Positions 8,963 to 17,286 of a stretch of 24,000 nt of DNA are shown here, piece after piece. Under the pieces are notes generated by a model that made no database searches, was not told where the DNA came from, and saw only the letters and a list, made by a program, of their open reading frames with translations. Location of the stretch: positions 1-24,000 of the forward strand of contig JALHMN010000027.1 in NCBI GenBank assembly GCA_022844005.1, given 5' to 3'. The position numbers and the translations under genes were made by a program. The DNA is from a bacterium (GTDB lineage Bacteria > Pseudomonadota > Alphaproteobacteria > Ferrovibrionales > Ferrovibrionaceae). The stretch's first letter is position 1. The number at the start of each line of letters is the position of its first letter.

Positions 8963-9398
8963 CCACCGGCAAGGTGACGCGCGGGCTACGGGCCTGCGCG
9001 TCGAGGCGGGCGAGACGCGTATAGATCCGCTCGCTCTTTTCCAGCAATCCCACCAGCATGCTCGGCAGCCGCTCCATCGGGATGCTGGGTTCGGCGAGGC
9101 ACACCGACACGGCGCCCAGTTCCGGCGCGTCCTGGGCCGCTGTTTCCCGCGAGATTTCGCCGGCGTCCAGCGCGCGCTGATAGAACAGCCAGGACATGGC
9201 GTGCGTCAGCCGGGCGGTGAGACGCACCGTTTCCAGCGAGAAGGCGAGGCGGTCGGCCACCGGCAGTTCGGCGGCGTCATGCGGACCAACCTCGCCGATA
9301 TAGAGCTTCGCCTTCCAGACGAGGTCGAGCGCCTCGCGATAGGCCCCCTCGAGGAAGGCCGCGGGCCCACCGGCCAGAACCTGCACCTGCTCGCTCAT
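8940..9398 (-). CDS. DUF1465 / RcdA-like protein (regulator of CtrA degradation family)
   Basis: 152 aa from MSEQVQV (ATG at 9398). [34 protein letters not shown] matches my recollection of the RcdA/DUF1465 core helix pair. The 3' end overlaps rpmE by 23 nt, convergently. Confidence 0.7.
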   Translation of the reverse strand: MSEQVQVLAGGPAAFLEGAYREALDLVWKAKLYIGEVGPHDAAELPVADRLAFSLETVRLTARLTHAMSWLFYQRALDAGEISRETAAQDAPELGAVSVCLAEPSIPMERLPSMLVGLLEKSERIYTRLARLDAQARSPRVTLPVAISSLAG

Positions 9399-9578
9399 CG
9401 CCTTACTCCCTGACCTCGACTGCGTTAACCGAAAACCCATCTGGAACAGCATGTTCCGGGTCTGCGGCCGATTCCAAGCAACGCTTGCGCCAAACAGACA
9501 ACCCTTTGCCCCGTCAACGCAATTGAATAAAGGGTTAACGCGCGCGCCCGAAACATGTCCGATTTCTGGACACCGCTT

Positions 9579-9614
9579 CCCACCCCCTTGAACGCGCGTG
9601 GCGCCTCACCAAAT
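9579..9614 (+). promoter_or_regulatory. candidate RpoH (sigma-32)-type heat-shock promoter
   Basis: CCCCCTTGAA (-35 core CTTGAA at 9586-9591), 14 nt, then CACCAAAT (9606-9613). Compare the E. coli-type consensus CCCTTGAA-N13-17-CCCCATNT. The -10 match is partial. Confidence 0.35.
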
Positions 9615-9619
9615 GAGTG

Positions 9620-9734
9620 TCTGTCCCCGGGGCGCCGCCAGGCGGGTCCGCAGGGGACGAAACCGGTGGTCTCGGCCTCATGCGGCGGGACCCATCGAAG
9701 GTTGATCGCTCTAACCGGAGGATGGACAATCATG
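9620..9734 (+). promoter_or_regulatory. ROSE-like RNA thermometer in the hsp20 5' UTR
   Basis: The 3' hairpin AUCGCUC-UAACC-GGAGGAU (9705-9723) pairs the UCGCU motif (ROSE consensus U(U/C)GCU) with the SD GGAGGA (9717-9722). It leaves one unpaired G (9708) opposite the SD, which is the hallmark of ROSE elements. Further GC-rich helices are possible at about 9650-9693. Confidence 0.45.
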
Positions 9735-10205
9735 CGGACCTACGATCTCTCTCCCCTGCTGCGCTCCAGCATCGGCTTCGACCGATTCGACTGGCTGTTC
9801 GATGCCGCCAGCCGCCTGGAAGACGGCAGCCAGGGCTATCCGCCCTACAACATCGAAAAGCAGGGCGACGACAAATACGCCGTGACCCTCGCGGTCGCCG
9901 GCTTCGGCCAGGACGAACTCAGCATCGTCCAGCACGACACCACGCTGGTCGTCTCCGGCAAGGGCAGCGAGCAGCCCAAGTCGGCCGAGGAAGGCCGCTT
10001 CCTGCACCGCGGGATCGCGCGCCGCGCCTTCGAGCGCCGCTTCCAGCTGGCCGACTATGTGAAGGTGGTGGGCGCCAGCCTCGACAACGGCCTGCTGACG
10101 GTCGAACTCGAGCGTGTGATCCCCGAGGCGATGAAGCCCCGGAAGATCGAGATCGCGAAGACCACGACCACCCAGCCCAAGGTGATCGACGCCAAGGCGG
10201 CGTAA
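9732..10205 (+). CDS. small heat-shock protein, Hsp20/alpha-crystallin family (IbpA-like)
   Basis: 157 aa from MRTYDLSPLLRSSIGFDRF. Alpha-crystallin core YPPYNIEKQGDDKYAVTLAVAGFGQDELSIVQHDTTLVVSGK...RFLHRGIARRAFERRFQLAD...LDNGLLTVEL. Confidence 0.93.
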   Translation: MRTYDLSPLLRSSIGFDRFDWLFDAASRLEDGSQGYPPYNIEKQGDDKYAVTLAVAGFGQDELSIVQHDTTLVVSGKGSEQPKSAEEGRFLHRGIARRAFERRFQLADYVKVVGASLDNGLLTVELERVIPEAMKPRKIEIAKTTTTQPKVIDAKAA

Positions 10206-10235
10206 TCCCCCCCCGCCGTCTTGTGCTGACGAGAG

Positions 10236-10274
10236 AGCCCGCGCCATCCCCCCCGGCGCGGGCTTTTTCTTTTT
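10236..10274 (+). terminator. rho-independent terminator of hsp20
   Basis: Perfect 10-bp stem AGCCCGCGCC (10236-10245) / GGCGCGGGCT (10255-10264) with a 9-nt loop, followed by TTTTTCTTTTT. Confidence 0.8.
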
Positions 10275-10313
10275 GCTAGTCTCCGCGCCCATCGAGACGG
10301 GGAGGATGCAGGC

Positions 10314-10796
10314 GTGGTTCAGATCAAGCCCGGCACGCGCATCGTGCCGCTCGGCGAACGGCCCGACCTCATCGGCATCGTCGCCCGCTGGGGCCACGGG
10401 CAATGGGGTCATCTTTCCCCAGGCGACACTGAGGAGAAGCGCGCCGATCGGCTGAAACGCCACCTCACGCCCGACCGCGTGCCCAGCACGATCGTGGTGC
10501 TCGATGCCGCAGGCGAGGCGGTCGCCACCGCGGCGCTCCTCGCGCATGACATCGACGGCGACCCGCGCGGCCCCTGGCTCGCCAGCGTCTTCGCCGCGCC
10601 GGAACGCCGCGGCGAGGGCTTCGGGGTGGCGGCGGTGCGGGCGATCGAGGCGAGTGCCGCCCGCGCCGGCATCGGGCGCCTCTATCTCTTCACCCCCGAC
10701 AAGATGGCCTTCTACGCCGCCCTCGGCTGGCAGAGGGAAGAAAGCCTCGACTATCGCGGCGAACACATCACCGTGATGGCGAAGACCCTCGGCTGA
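10314..10796 (+). CDS. GNAT-family N-acetyltransferase (paralogue 1)
   Basis: 160 aa. GTG start 8 nt after GGAGGA. Acetyl-CoA motif RRGEGFGVAAVRAIEASAARAG and the C-terminal FYAALGWQ typical of GNAT. Confidence 0.8.
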   Translation: MVQIKPGTRIVPLGERPDLIGIVARWGHGQWGHLSPGDTEEKRADRLKRHLTPDRVPSTIVVLDAAGEAVATAALLAHDIDGDPRGPWLASVFAAPERRGEGFGVAAVRAIEASAARAGIGRLYLFTPDKMAFYAALGWQREESLDYRGEHITVMAKTLG

Positions 10797-10800
10797 GGCG

Positions 10801-11265
10801 ATGCGCATCCTCCCGCTGGCGGAGCGGCCCGATCTCCTCCCCACGGTCGCCGCCTGGGGCTTCGGGGAATGGGGGTATTTCTATCCGGAGGACGACCTGG
10901 CGAGTTGGACGGAAGGGTTGCGGGCCAACCTCGCCATCGATGCCATCCCGCTCACCCTCGTGGCGCTCGACGATGCCGGCCGGCCGCTCGGCACCGTGTC
11001 GCTGGAGGCGCAGGACATCGACGGCGATCCGCGCACGCCCTGGCTCGCCAGTCTCTTTGTGCGCCCCGACGCCCGCGGCCGCGGGATCGGCATCGCCCTG
11101 GTCGGCGCGCTGGAAGCAACCGCCGCCCGCCTCTGCACCCGCCGGCTCTGGCTCTTCACGCCGGACCGCATGGCCTTCTACGCCGCCCTCGGCTGGCAGG
11201 CGGAGGAACCCCGCGACTATCGCGGCCAGCGCATCACCGTCATGTCGAAAGACCTAACCCGGTAG
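10801..11265 (+). CDS. GNAT-family N-acetyltransferase (paralogue 2)
   Basis: 154 aa, starting 4 nt after paralogue 1. Collinear with it throughout (RILPLAERPDL, DIDGDPRTPWLASLF, ARGRGIGIALVGALEATAAR, MAFYAALGWQ, DYRGQRITVM). Confidence 0.8.
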   Translation: MRILPLAERPDLLPTVAAWGFGEWGYFYPEDDLASWTEGLRANLAIDAIPLTLVALDDAGRPLGTVSLEAQDIDGDPRTPWLASLFVRPDARGRGIGIALVGALEATAARLCTRRLWLFTPDRMAFYAALGWQAEEPRDYRGQRITVMSKDLTR

Positions 11266-12228
11266 CGGCCCGATCGCGAGCGTCGCCGCCTCGCGTTCCA
11301 TCGCCGCGACCAGGGCTTCGAATTCGCGGTCGCCGTCCCAGGCCGCCTGCAGGACCAGCGTCAGCGTTACCATCACGGCGCGCTCGGCGGTCCAGTCGAT
11401 GACGAACCAGCGACGGAAGCGCAGCGTCACGGCGGCCTCCTCGGTGAAAGTCTGAAAGCCAACCCGCCTCCAGCCTTCTCCAGGGGATCGCCAAGCCACC
11501 GCATCGCCCAGCTTCTGCACCAGCCGCTCGGGACCGCGCGCATCGAAATTCCCCTGAAAGACGTCGTAGTCGATCCAGAGCGTACCGGTATCGGTCTCAT
11601 CCTCGCCGCAGAACCATTCACCGCTCTCGGCATCACGCTCGTCGCGCCAGCGCGCCGGCACGCGCAGGGTCAGAAAACCGAACGGATGAATCGCGCGCAG
11701 GCGCGAAAGGCCTAAACCCTCGGGCTCGTCCTGCGGGAACGCGACGTTGCGAATCTGCTGGCCGAAGAGATCGATCAGGGCAAGCGTCTCCGGCCTCTCC
11801 CAAAGCTCATGCAGAACGAGGAGGTGAAAGCCGAACTCGAGCAACTCTCCGCCCTCCCGCACCAGCCGGACCCAGTTGTAGGTCCGCACTGCCGGTGCCC
11901 GCGGATCATCGGTCACCACCTCGATCAGGACGGAACCGTGCGTCCGGGAAAGCTTGGCATCATCGACCTGACCGCTTGCGCCAAAGGCCCGAAGGCGCTC
12001 CAGGATGCGCCGTTCGATCACCCCGCCCATCGCTTGGCTGTCGCCTTCCATCGGCAATGCCTCGGCGCTCAGCTGCAACTCGTAGCGCTGGCGGCCGTCG
12101 CCCACCCAGGCGTTGCCCTTCGGGGTAACGCCATCGATCCAGTCTTCCGGCACCACCAGCTTGTCTCCGCTGGCCATGATCACCTTCAGGCGATGGAAGC
12201 ACGAGGTGTAGGGATGATCCGCCGTCAT
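11254..12228 (-). CDS. uncharacterised cytoplasmic protein, paralogue B of a coupled pair
   Basis: 324 aa with no signal peptide. Its ATG overlaps the stop of the upstream gene (ATGA). It aligns collinearly by eye with 12225..13397, and conservation between the two supports that both are coding. No known family or catalytic motif recognised. Confidence 0.75.
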   Translation of the reverse strand: MTADHPYTSCFHRLKVIMASGDKLVVPEDWIDGVTPKGNAWVGDGRQRYELQLSAEALPMEGDSQAMGGVIERRILERLRAFGASGQVDDAKLSRTHGSVLIEVVTDDPRAPAVRTYNWVRLVREGGELLEFGFHLLVLHELWERPETLALIDLFGQQIRNVAFPQDEPEGLGLSRLRAIHPFGFLTLRVPARWRDERDAESGEWFCGEDETDTGTLWIDYDVFQGNFDARGPERLVQKLGDAVAWRSPGEGWRRVGFQTFTEEAAVTLRFRRWFVIDWTAERAVMVTLTLVLQAAWDGDREFEALVAAMEREAATLAIGPLPG

Positions 12229-13397
12229 TTCTTGCGCGCCTCTTCCGCCGCTTCCTTCGCCCGCTCCGGGCTGCTCGACAGGTTCGGCGCCAGGCCGATC
12301 CGCATGCGGCGGATCTCGTGGTCCAGGATCTTCGTCAGGTCCTGGAACTCGGGGTCGTTCACCTGCTCCTCTTTCAGCACCAGGTTGACGGTGACGAGGA
12401 TCAACTGGTCGTCGGTCTGGTCCATGACCATCCAGTACAGGTGCAGGCGCGGCTTGCCCTCCACCTCGTGCCAGCGATCGAGCGTCTTGACGCTGCGGCT
12501 GCTCACCTCGTTCGCCTTCCCCTTTGGCGTCGCGGTGCCCATCACGTCATAGGCGACCCAGACCTCGCCCGAGCGCCGGCGTGGCTCGAAATAGCCGACC
12601 ATGTCCGGGTCGTGGTGCTCGCGCCAAGCTTTCGGCACACGAAGGTGCATGAAGCCGTAGGGACGCACTGCCTGCAGGTCGCGGAGATTCCAGCGCCAAT
12701 CCTTCCCCGCCGGCGGCAGGTCGTCCTGGAGATCCTCGCGCGTCATCACAGCGCGCAGCGCCTGGGCCCGGAACAGCTGGATGATGTCCTTCGCTTCGGG
12801 GCTGTCCCACAGATCACGCCGCACGTGCACATGATAGGCGAAGACGATCACGCCGTAGGGTTCACCGCGCAGCAGGAGAATGTTCTGCACCAGCATGTCC
12901 TCCGAGTCGCCGACGCCCGGGGTCATGAACTCCATGATCGTCGCCCCATCCTCTTCGCTGGTGCGTATCCGCCCGATCAGCCCGCGCGCCCTGGCAAAAT
13001 CCCGGAATTCGCCGATCTGCCGTTTCATCGTCGCGGCGATGCCGCCCCGCGGTTCCGCCATGCCGCCGACCCACTGAACGCGATAGCTGCCGTCCTCCGC
13101 GCCGATCCAGAGGTTGTCGCGGTCAGTCAGACCATGGATCCAACCGGCGGGAGCGACGAACACCGATTGCCCCTGATCGCCGCGATGCCCGATTTCCATC
13201 CGCCGCAGTTCGAAGAACTGCGAGCGATAGCCATGCAGTTCGTAAGGACCGCCCGCTTTACCCGGCGACGAACTCTCCGGCGAGACCAACGGTTGTTCCT
13301 CAGAGGGGGCGGCGGGCGGAAAGGCGACGGCGAGCATGCCGCCGAATGCCACGGCAATGACAAGGATCGCGCCGAGGCGCCATACGGGCGAGTGCAT
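12225..13397 (-). CDS. uncharacterised membrane-anchored or secreted protein, paralogue A of a coupled pair
   Basis: 390 aa from MHSPVW (ATG at 13397; in-frame alternatives at 13424 and 13481). N-terminal hydrophobic segment WRLGAILVIAVAFGGMLAVAF, a Pro/Ser linker, two VPxxW-type domains, and a Lys/Glu-rich tail. The SD is weak, so the start is uncertain. Confidence 0.72.
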   Translation of the reverse strand: MHSPVWRLGAILVIAVAFGGMLAVAFPPAAPSEEQPLVSPESSSPGKAGGPYELHGYRSQFFELRRMEIGHRGDQGQSVFVAPAGWIHGLTDRDNLWIGAEDGSYRVQWVGGMAEPRGGIAATMKRQIGEFRDFARARGLIGRIRTSEEDGATIMEFMTPGVGDSEDMLVQNILLLRGEPYGVIVFAYHVHVRRDLWDSPEAKDIIQLFRAQALRAVMTREDLQDDLPPAGKDWRWNLRDLQAVRPYGFMHLRVPKAWREHHDPDMVGYFEPRRRSGEVWVAYDVMGTATPKGKANEVSSRSVKTLDRWHEVEGKPRLHLYWMVMDQTDDQLILVTVNLVLKEEQVNDPEFQDLTKILDHEIRRMRIGLAPNLSSSPERAKEAAEEARKK

Positions 13398-13551
13398 GCT
13401 CTGTCTTGTTTGGTTGCATGTCATATATAATTTGCACGAGGAAAATCGGGCGCGCAAGAACAAAGCGGGAATTATTGCCACTGTGGGCGGAGGCTATCCG
13501 CGGCCCATGACCGGGCTATGCTGCCCGCATCGAGGGGTGGTGCATCCGCGT

Positions 13552-14775
13552 ATGAGCAATCCGAGTGTGTCCCCGCCGGCGTCCCTGCGCTGGCGCATGC
13601 TGTTTGGCGTATGGCTGCTCTACAGCTGCTTCGGCCTCACCATCGCCGGCCTCGCCCCGCTGGTCGCGCCCATCACCCGCGATCTCGACTTGAGCCATTC
13701 GCAGATGGGCAGCGTGCTGGGCGTCTGGCAGCTCACCTATATCCTGGCCGCCGTACCCTGCGGGGCGCTGCTCGACCGGCTCGGCGCCTATCGGGCGCTG
13801 TTCATCGGCGCCGTCATCATCGCCCTGTCGGGCTTTGTGCGCGCCATCGCCACCGATTTCTGGACCCTCTGCCTCGGCGTGGCGCTCTTCGGCCTCGGCG
13901 GACCGATCATCTCTTCCGGCGCACCGAAGGTGGTCAGTGCCTGGTTCCAAGGCCGCGACCGCGGCTTCGCCATGGGCATTTACATCACCGGCCCCTCCAT
14001 CGGCTCGATGCTGGCGTTGTCGACCACCAATTCCGTCCTCATGCCAGCCTTCGGCCAGGACTGGCGCACAGTGCTGCAGCTCTGGGCCGGGCTCTGCATC
14101 GTCGGCGGCGTCATCTGGCTGCTCGCCGCCCGCCACCCGGCCATGCGGCAGTCCGAACGGATCGAAGCCGCCGGCCCGCGCCCCTCGCAATGGACGATGC
14201 TGGCGGGCCTTCTTCGCCTTCCCGCCGTGCGCCTCCTGCTGCTGATGGGCATCGGCATCTTCATGTTCAACCACGGCCTGAACAACTGGCTGCCCGAACT
14301 GCTCCGCGCCGACGGCATGAGCGCCGCCGAGGCGGGCTATTGGGCCACCGTCCCGATGCTGGTGGGCATTGCCGGATCGCTCATGATCCCTCGTCTCGCC
14401 ACGCCGCAACGCCGCTTCGTCATCCTCGGCCTTCTCGCGCTGGCGGCGGCGATCGCCAGCCTCCTGCTGCACGCGGCACCCGGCCCGCTGCTGCTGACCG
14501 GGTTGATCCTGCAGGGCATCGCGCGGTTATCGATGATGACGCTCGCCATCCTCATCCTGGTGGAGACCCCCGGCGTCGGCGACCGGCATGCCGGCACGGC
14601 GAGCGGCCTGTTCTTCTCGGCTGCCGAGATCGGCGGCGCCAGCGGGCCGATCGTGCTCGGCATGCTCTACGACGCCACCGGCGGCTTCACCGCCGGGCTC
14701 GGCCTGTTGAGCGCGATCGCGCTGTTGCTGCTGGCCGGCACCTGGCGGCTCAACCGGCTGGCCAGGGCGGCGTAA
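13552..14775 (+). CDS. MFS transporter
   Basis: 407 aa from MSNPSVSPPASLRWRMLFGVWLLY. About 12 hydrophobic helices. MFS loop motif GALLDRLGAYRA between TM2 and TM3. The start is chosen inside track ORF 13336..14775. Confidence 0.9.
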   Translation: MSNPSVSPPASLRWRMLFGVWLLYSCFGLTIAGLAPLVAPITRDLDLSHSQMGSVLGVWQLTYILAAVPCGALLDRLGAYRALFIGAVIIALSGFVRAIATDFWTLCLGVALFGLGGPIISSGAPKVVSAWFQGRDRGFAMGIYITGPSIGSMLALSTTNSVLMPAFGQDWRTVLQLWAGLCIVGGVIWLLAARHPAMRQSERIEAAGPRPSQWTMLAGLLRLPAVRLLLLMGIGIFMFNHGLNNWLPELLRADGMSAAEAGYWATVPMLVGIAGSLMIPRLATPQRRFVILGLLALAAAIASLLLHAAPGPLLLTGLILQGIARLSMMTLAILILVETPGVGDRHAGTASGLFFSAAEIGGASGPIVLGMLYDATGGFTAGLGLLSAIALLLLAGTWRLNRLARAA

Positions 14776-14863
14776 AGCGACACCGGGCTCGCCGCGCCGA
14801 TTGATATTGTCCCGAATACCTCACAACCTTACGGAGCAATGGGGAATCGGCGGAGCGGAAACA

Positions 14864-15655
14864 GTGTCGGTTTTGCGTGCTTTGGTGCTCCTCGTCGCCC
14901 TCGTGGTCGCGGGCTGCAGGCTGGACGTCGAGACGATAGCCCCTAAGGAAGAACTGGAGATCGGCCGCAGCTTCGTGGAACTGCTGCGCCAGCAAGAGTT
15001 CGAGACGATCGAGCAGGTATTGACCCCCGAACTGCAGACGGCGGAAACCCGCAAGCAGCTCGAACTGGCAGCCGCCGCCTTTCCTCTCGCCGAGCCGCAG
15101 GCAACCAAGCTGCTCGACGTGACGATGCAGCGGCTGGAGAAACAAGCGACCTACAACTTCACTTTCGAATATCGCTACACCGATACCTGGGTGGTCACCC
15201 GCGCCGCCTTCCGGCGGGATGCCGACGGTATCAGAATCATCGGGATAAGCGGGCATCGCCTGCAGGTCGATCCGATGACCCTGAACCGGTTCGAGTTTCG
15301 GGGAAAATCACCCCTGCACTTCCTGATGCTCCTGCTGCTTATCGGTATTCCGGTCCTCGTGGTGGTCACCCTGGTCGCTGCCTGGCGGGCGCGCTTCGGG
15401 ATCGGGCAATGGCTTTGGTACCCCTTTATCGCCATTGGTTTCGGAACGCTCCGGTTGAACTGGAACAGCGGCGAATGGCAGTTCGCGCCGCTCAGCGTAT
15501 CCCTCCTGGGTGCCACATACGAAAAAATTGGCTACGGCCCGTGGATGCTAAGCGTGGGCGTTCCCGTCGGTGCTGTGTTGTTCTGGGTGCGGCGTGCGAG
15601 GCGGCGTCGCGCCGCCATAGTTTCTGCCGCGCAGGATGGTGGCTCGGTGACGTAA
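14864..15655 (+). CDS. putative lipoprotein/membrane protein (N-terminal soluble domain plus C-terminal TM helices)
   Basis: GTG at 14864 preceded by GGAGCGGA. VSVLRALVLLVALVVAGC has a lipobox (VAGC). The C-terminal half has 3-4 hydrophobic helices and an RRARRRR stop-transfer patch. This region is more AT-rich than its flanks. No family assigned. Confidence 0.6.
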   Translation: MSVLRALVLLVALVVAGCRLDVETIAPKEELEIGRSFVELLRQQEFETIEQVLTPELQTAETRKQLELAAAAFPLAEPQATKLLDVTMQRLEKQATYNFTFEYRYTDTWVVTRAAFRRDADGIRIIGISGHRLQVDPMTLNRFEFRGKSPLHFLMLLLLIGIPVLVVVTLVAAWRARFGIGQWLWYPFIAIGFGTLRLNWNSGEWQFAPLSVSLLGATYEKIGYGPWMLSVGVPVGAVLFWVRRARRRRAAIVSAAQDGGSVT

Positions 15656-15723
15656 GGACGCTGAGTCGCGGCGAGAATTCAGAACGACCGGGGTCGAGAT
15701 TCCGCGACGGGAGGACTGGGCTG

Positions 15724-15954
15724 CTATTCGGCTGCCGCCACGGCAGCCAGAACGGGGGTAATGGTCACCGGTTCGTCGCGCGGCGAGGTGATGCGGGCGA
15801 CCAGGCGCTGACCGTCCCAAACCTCCAGCGTGTCGTGGAACTTCCGGCTCATGGACGCGAGCTCAACCGCCTGGGCATCGTTGACCGCTTCAATGGTCTC
15901 GGCATGGTCGAACTTGCCGTGATCGTCACTGTAGTAGACGTTGAACTGCGGCAT
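15724..15954 (-). CDS. small hypothetical protein, 76 aa
   Basis: MPQFNVYYSDDHGKFDHAETIEAVNDAQAVELASMSRKFHDTLEVWDGQRLVARI..., with AAGGGG 6 nt upstream of the ATG at 15954. The composition is not shadow-frame-like. No family recognised. Confidence 0.4.
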   Translation of the reverse strand: MPQFNVYYSDDHGKFDHAETIEAVNDAQAVELASMSRKFHDTLEVWDGQRLVARITSPRDEPVTITPVLAAVAAAE

Positions 15955-16266
15955 ATCCGACCCCTTGTCTTGCTGCAGTGCAATATAAGGGATGCGAGGG
16001 CAAAAGGGGAGTCGCTCGCGCGGTTTCGGCTCGCCTAGTCGACCTCGCCCCGGACATACCGGCATCAAAGTCAGTCAACTTAAAATCACAAGAGGGGAAT
16101 AAACGAAAGATGGGAAAAATATTCCCTCTTGGTGCGCTATCTTGGATTTGTTACAGTACACAGATTGAGTCCTAAGTGCCTATGCTCTTGCCATTGTGAA
16201 TAAATCATCGACCAGTAGCGGCCGCCGCCGCCATCGGTCAAGCCATATGCTTCGCCCTGCCCCAGT

Positions 16267-16355
16267 GAACTGGCCGGAACTGGTGTAAACGGGCGCGGAA
16301 CTGGCCAAAGCCGGTCTCAGAATGACACTGCCTGGCTCGAATTGGCTCGAATTGG
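16267..16355 (+). repeat. helically phased GAAYTGG direct repeats (left of the element)
   Basis: GAACTGG at 16267, 16277 and 16298, and GAATTGG at 16339 and 16349. Spacings are 10, 21, 41 and 10 nt, all close to multiples of a helical turn. The same motif continues right of the element at 19287, 19297 and 19322, with the variant AGTTTGG at 19307. Confidence 0.6.
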
Positions 16356-16379
16356 CGGCATTAGGTAGCAAACGCACCT
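16338..16379. repeat. left boundary: 19-bp direct repeat plus 25-bp terminal inverted repeat (IR-L)
   Basis: DR CGAATTGGCTCGAATTGGC is at 16338-16356, identical to 19286-19304. IR-L GCGGCATTAGGTAGCAAACGCACCT at 16355-16379 is the exact reverse complement of 19262-19286. Confidence 0.9.
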
Positions 16380-16482
16380 GATGACCGGGCACCCCAAGAA
16401 AGGGATGTCCCTATGCGAATTCATAGCCAGTGGTTGCCAAGCGGACTCGACGGCGGAACGTCAGCGAGGGCAGAGTGCGAGC

Positions 16483-17286
16483 ATGCACACGAGAATCCGC
16501 AACTTCCTATGGGTGGCATTCAGCGGACTCGTTTTCTTCCTGCTCCATGTGTTCTTCGCCCGCAGCTTCGAGGAATTTATGGAGCGGCGCGGGCTTCAAA
16601 AACTGGTTCCGGACATTCTGGACGCCATACCTGGAGCGGCACCCATGGCCGCTGAATATCTCCCGCACAGCTTCTGGGCAGGCGCCTTTCTGATCTTGGC
16701 GATCTGGGGTGTGTTTGAAGCTTACTACGCGTGGAAACGCCGAGCGGCGGCCGGGCCGGTGCGGTTGGAGGCAAGAGAGCCGACACGCGAATTTCTGGAT
16801 TTCCGGCGCCTCGTGAGCATCCGCCTTAAGGCGGCGGCCCAAAGCCTGCACCACGTAGCAAAGGAAATCGGCTCTCGCGTTGTCGGCGTGCAGAAAGACG
16901 GCGGCCGTCAATATATGGATCTGATCCACTATGGGATAAACGGAACCGCCAATTCTGTTATGAGAGATATAGAGCAAGCCGCCAATGGGCCGCCGCTCAC
17001 CAACGAAGAAATAGCTAAATCTGTTTCCGTTTTCTTAGATCACTACAAGGAATTGCAGCACAGAATCATTCCCATATTGGATGCGTGGGGCTCAAACGAT
17101 GTCCTAGACGATGGCATATCGAACTTCTTGGCAGCAGATCGGAACCTGATGCCGTCGCTCCAAGAACTTACCGAGCAACTTGGAAACCAGCGCCTACGCA
17201 CCGACGCGTGGTCACTTGGCCTCGCCGAATCTCGCTTCCGGAAGCTAATCGGCAAGCGATATCGTCGTGCTTCCGATCGCATTTAG
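16483..17286 (+). CDS. hypothetical membrane protein (two N-terminal TM helices plus helical soluble domain)
   Basis: 267 aa from MHTRIRNFLWVAFSGLVFFLLHVFF (ATG at 16483). The track ORF starts at 16381, directly abutting IR-L. Second TM is FWAGAFLILAIWGVFEAYYAW. The C-terminal roughly 170 aa are helical and charged. No family recognised. Confidence 0.55.
   Translation: MHTRIRNFLWVAFSGLVFFLLHVFFARSFEEFMERRGLQKLVPDILDAIPGAAPMAAEYLPHSFWAGAFLILAIWGVFEAYYAWKRRAAAGPVRLEAREPTREFLDFRRLVSIRLKAAAQSLHHVAKEIGSRVVGVQKDGGRQYMDLIHYGINGTANSVMRDIEQAANGPPLTNEEIAKSVSVFLDHYKELQHRIIPILDAWGSNDVLDDGISNFLAADRNLMPSLQELTEQLGNQRLRTDAWSLGLAESRFRKLIGKRYRRASDRI

Noticed and set aside
9711-10844. 377-aa minus-strand ORF across hsp20 and the first GNAT
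   Set aside because: It is antisense to two motif-supported genes and crosses the hsp20 rho-independent terminator. Its composition is that of a shadow frame.
12318-14804. Long ORFs 12318..13430 (+), 13516..14472 (-) and 13518..14804 (+)
   Set aside because: These are antisense or off-frame relative to paralogue A and the MFS transporter. They are extremely Arg/His/Pro/Gly-rich, whereas the accepted frames show TM helices or paralogue conservation.
16267-16283. Possible alphaproteobacterial LexA (SOS) box, GAAC...GAAC
   Set aside because: The described consensus is GAAC-N7-GAAC (GTTC-N7-GTTC). Here the spacer is 6 nt, and the motif is part of a longer GAAYTGG array.
16180-16392. 70-aa minus-strand ORF beginning in IR-L (MPGHQVRLLPNAAN...)
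   Set aside because: Its N-terminus is simply the translation of the inverted repeat; the mirror ORF at 19264 starts MRLLPNAAN for the same reason. It has no RBS and no features.
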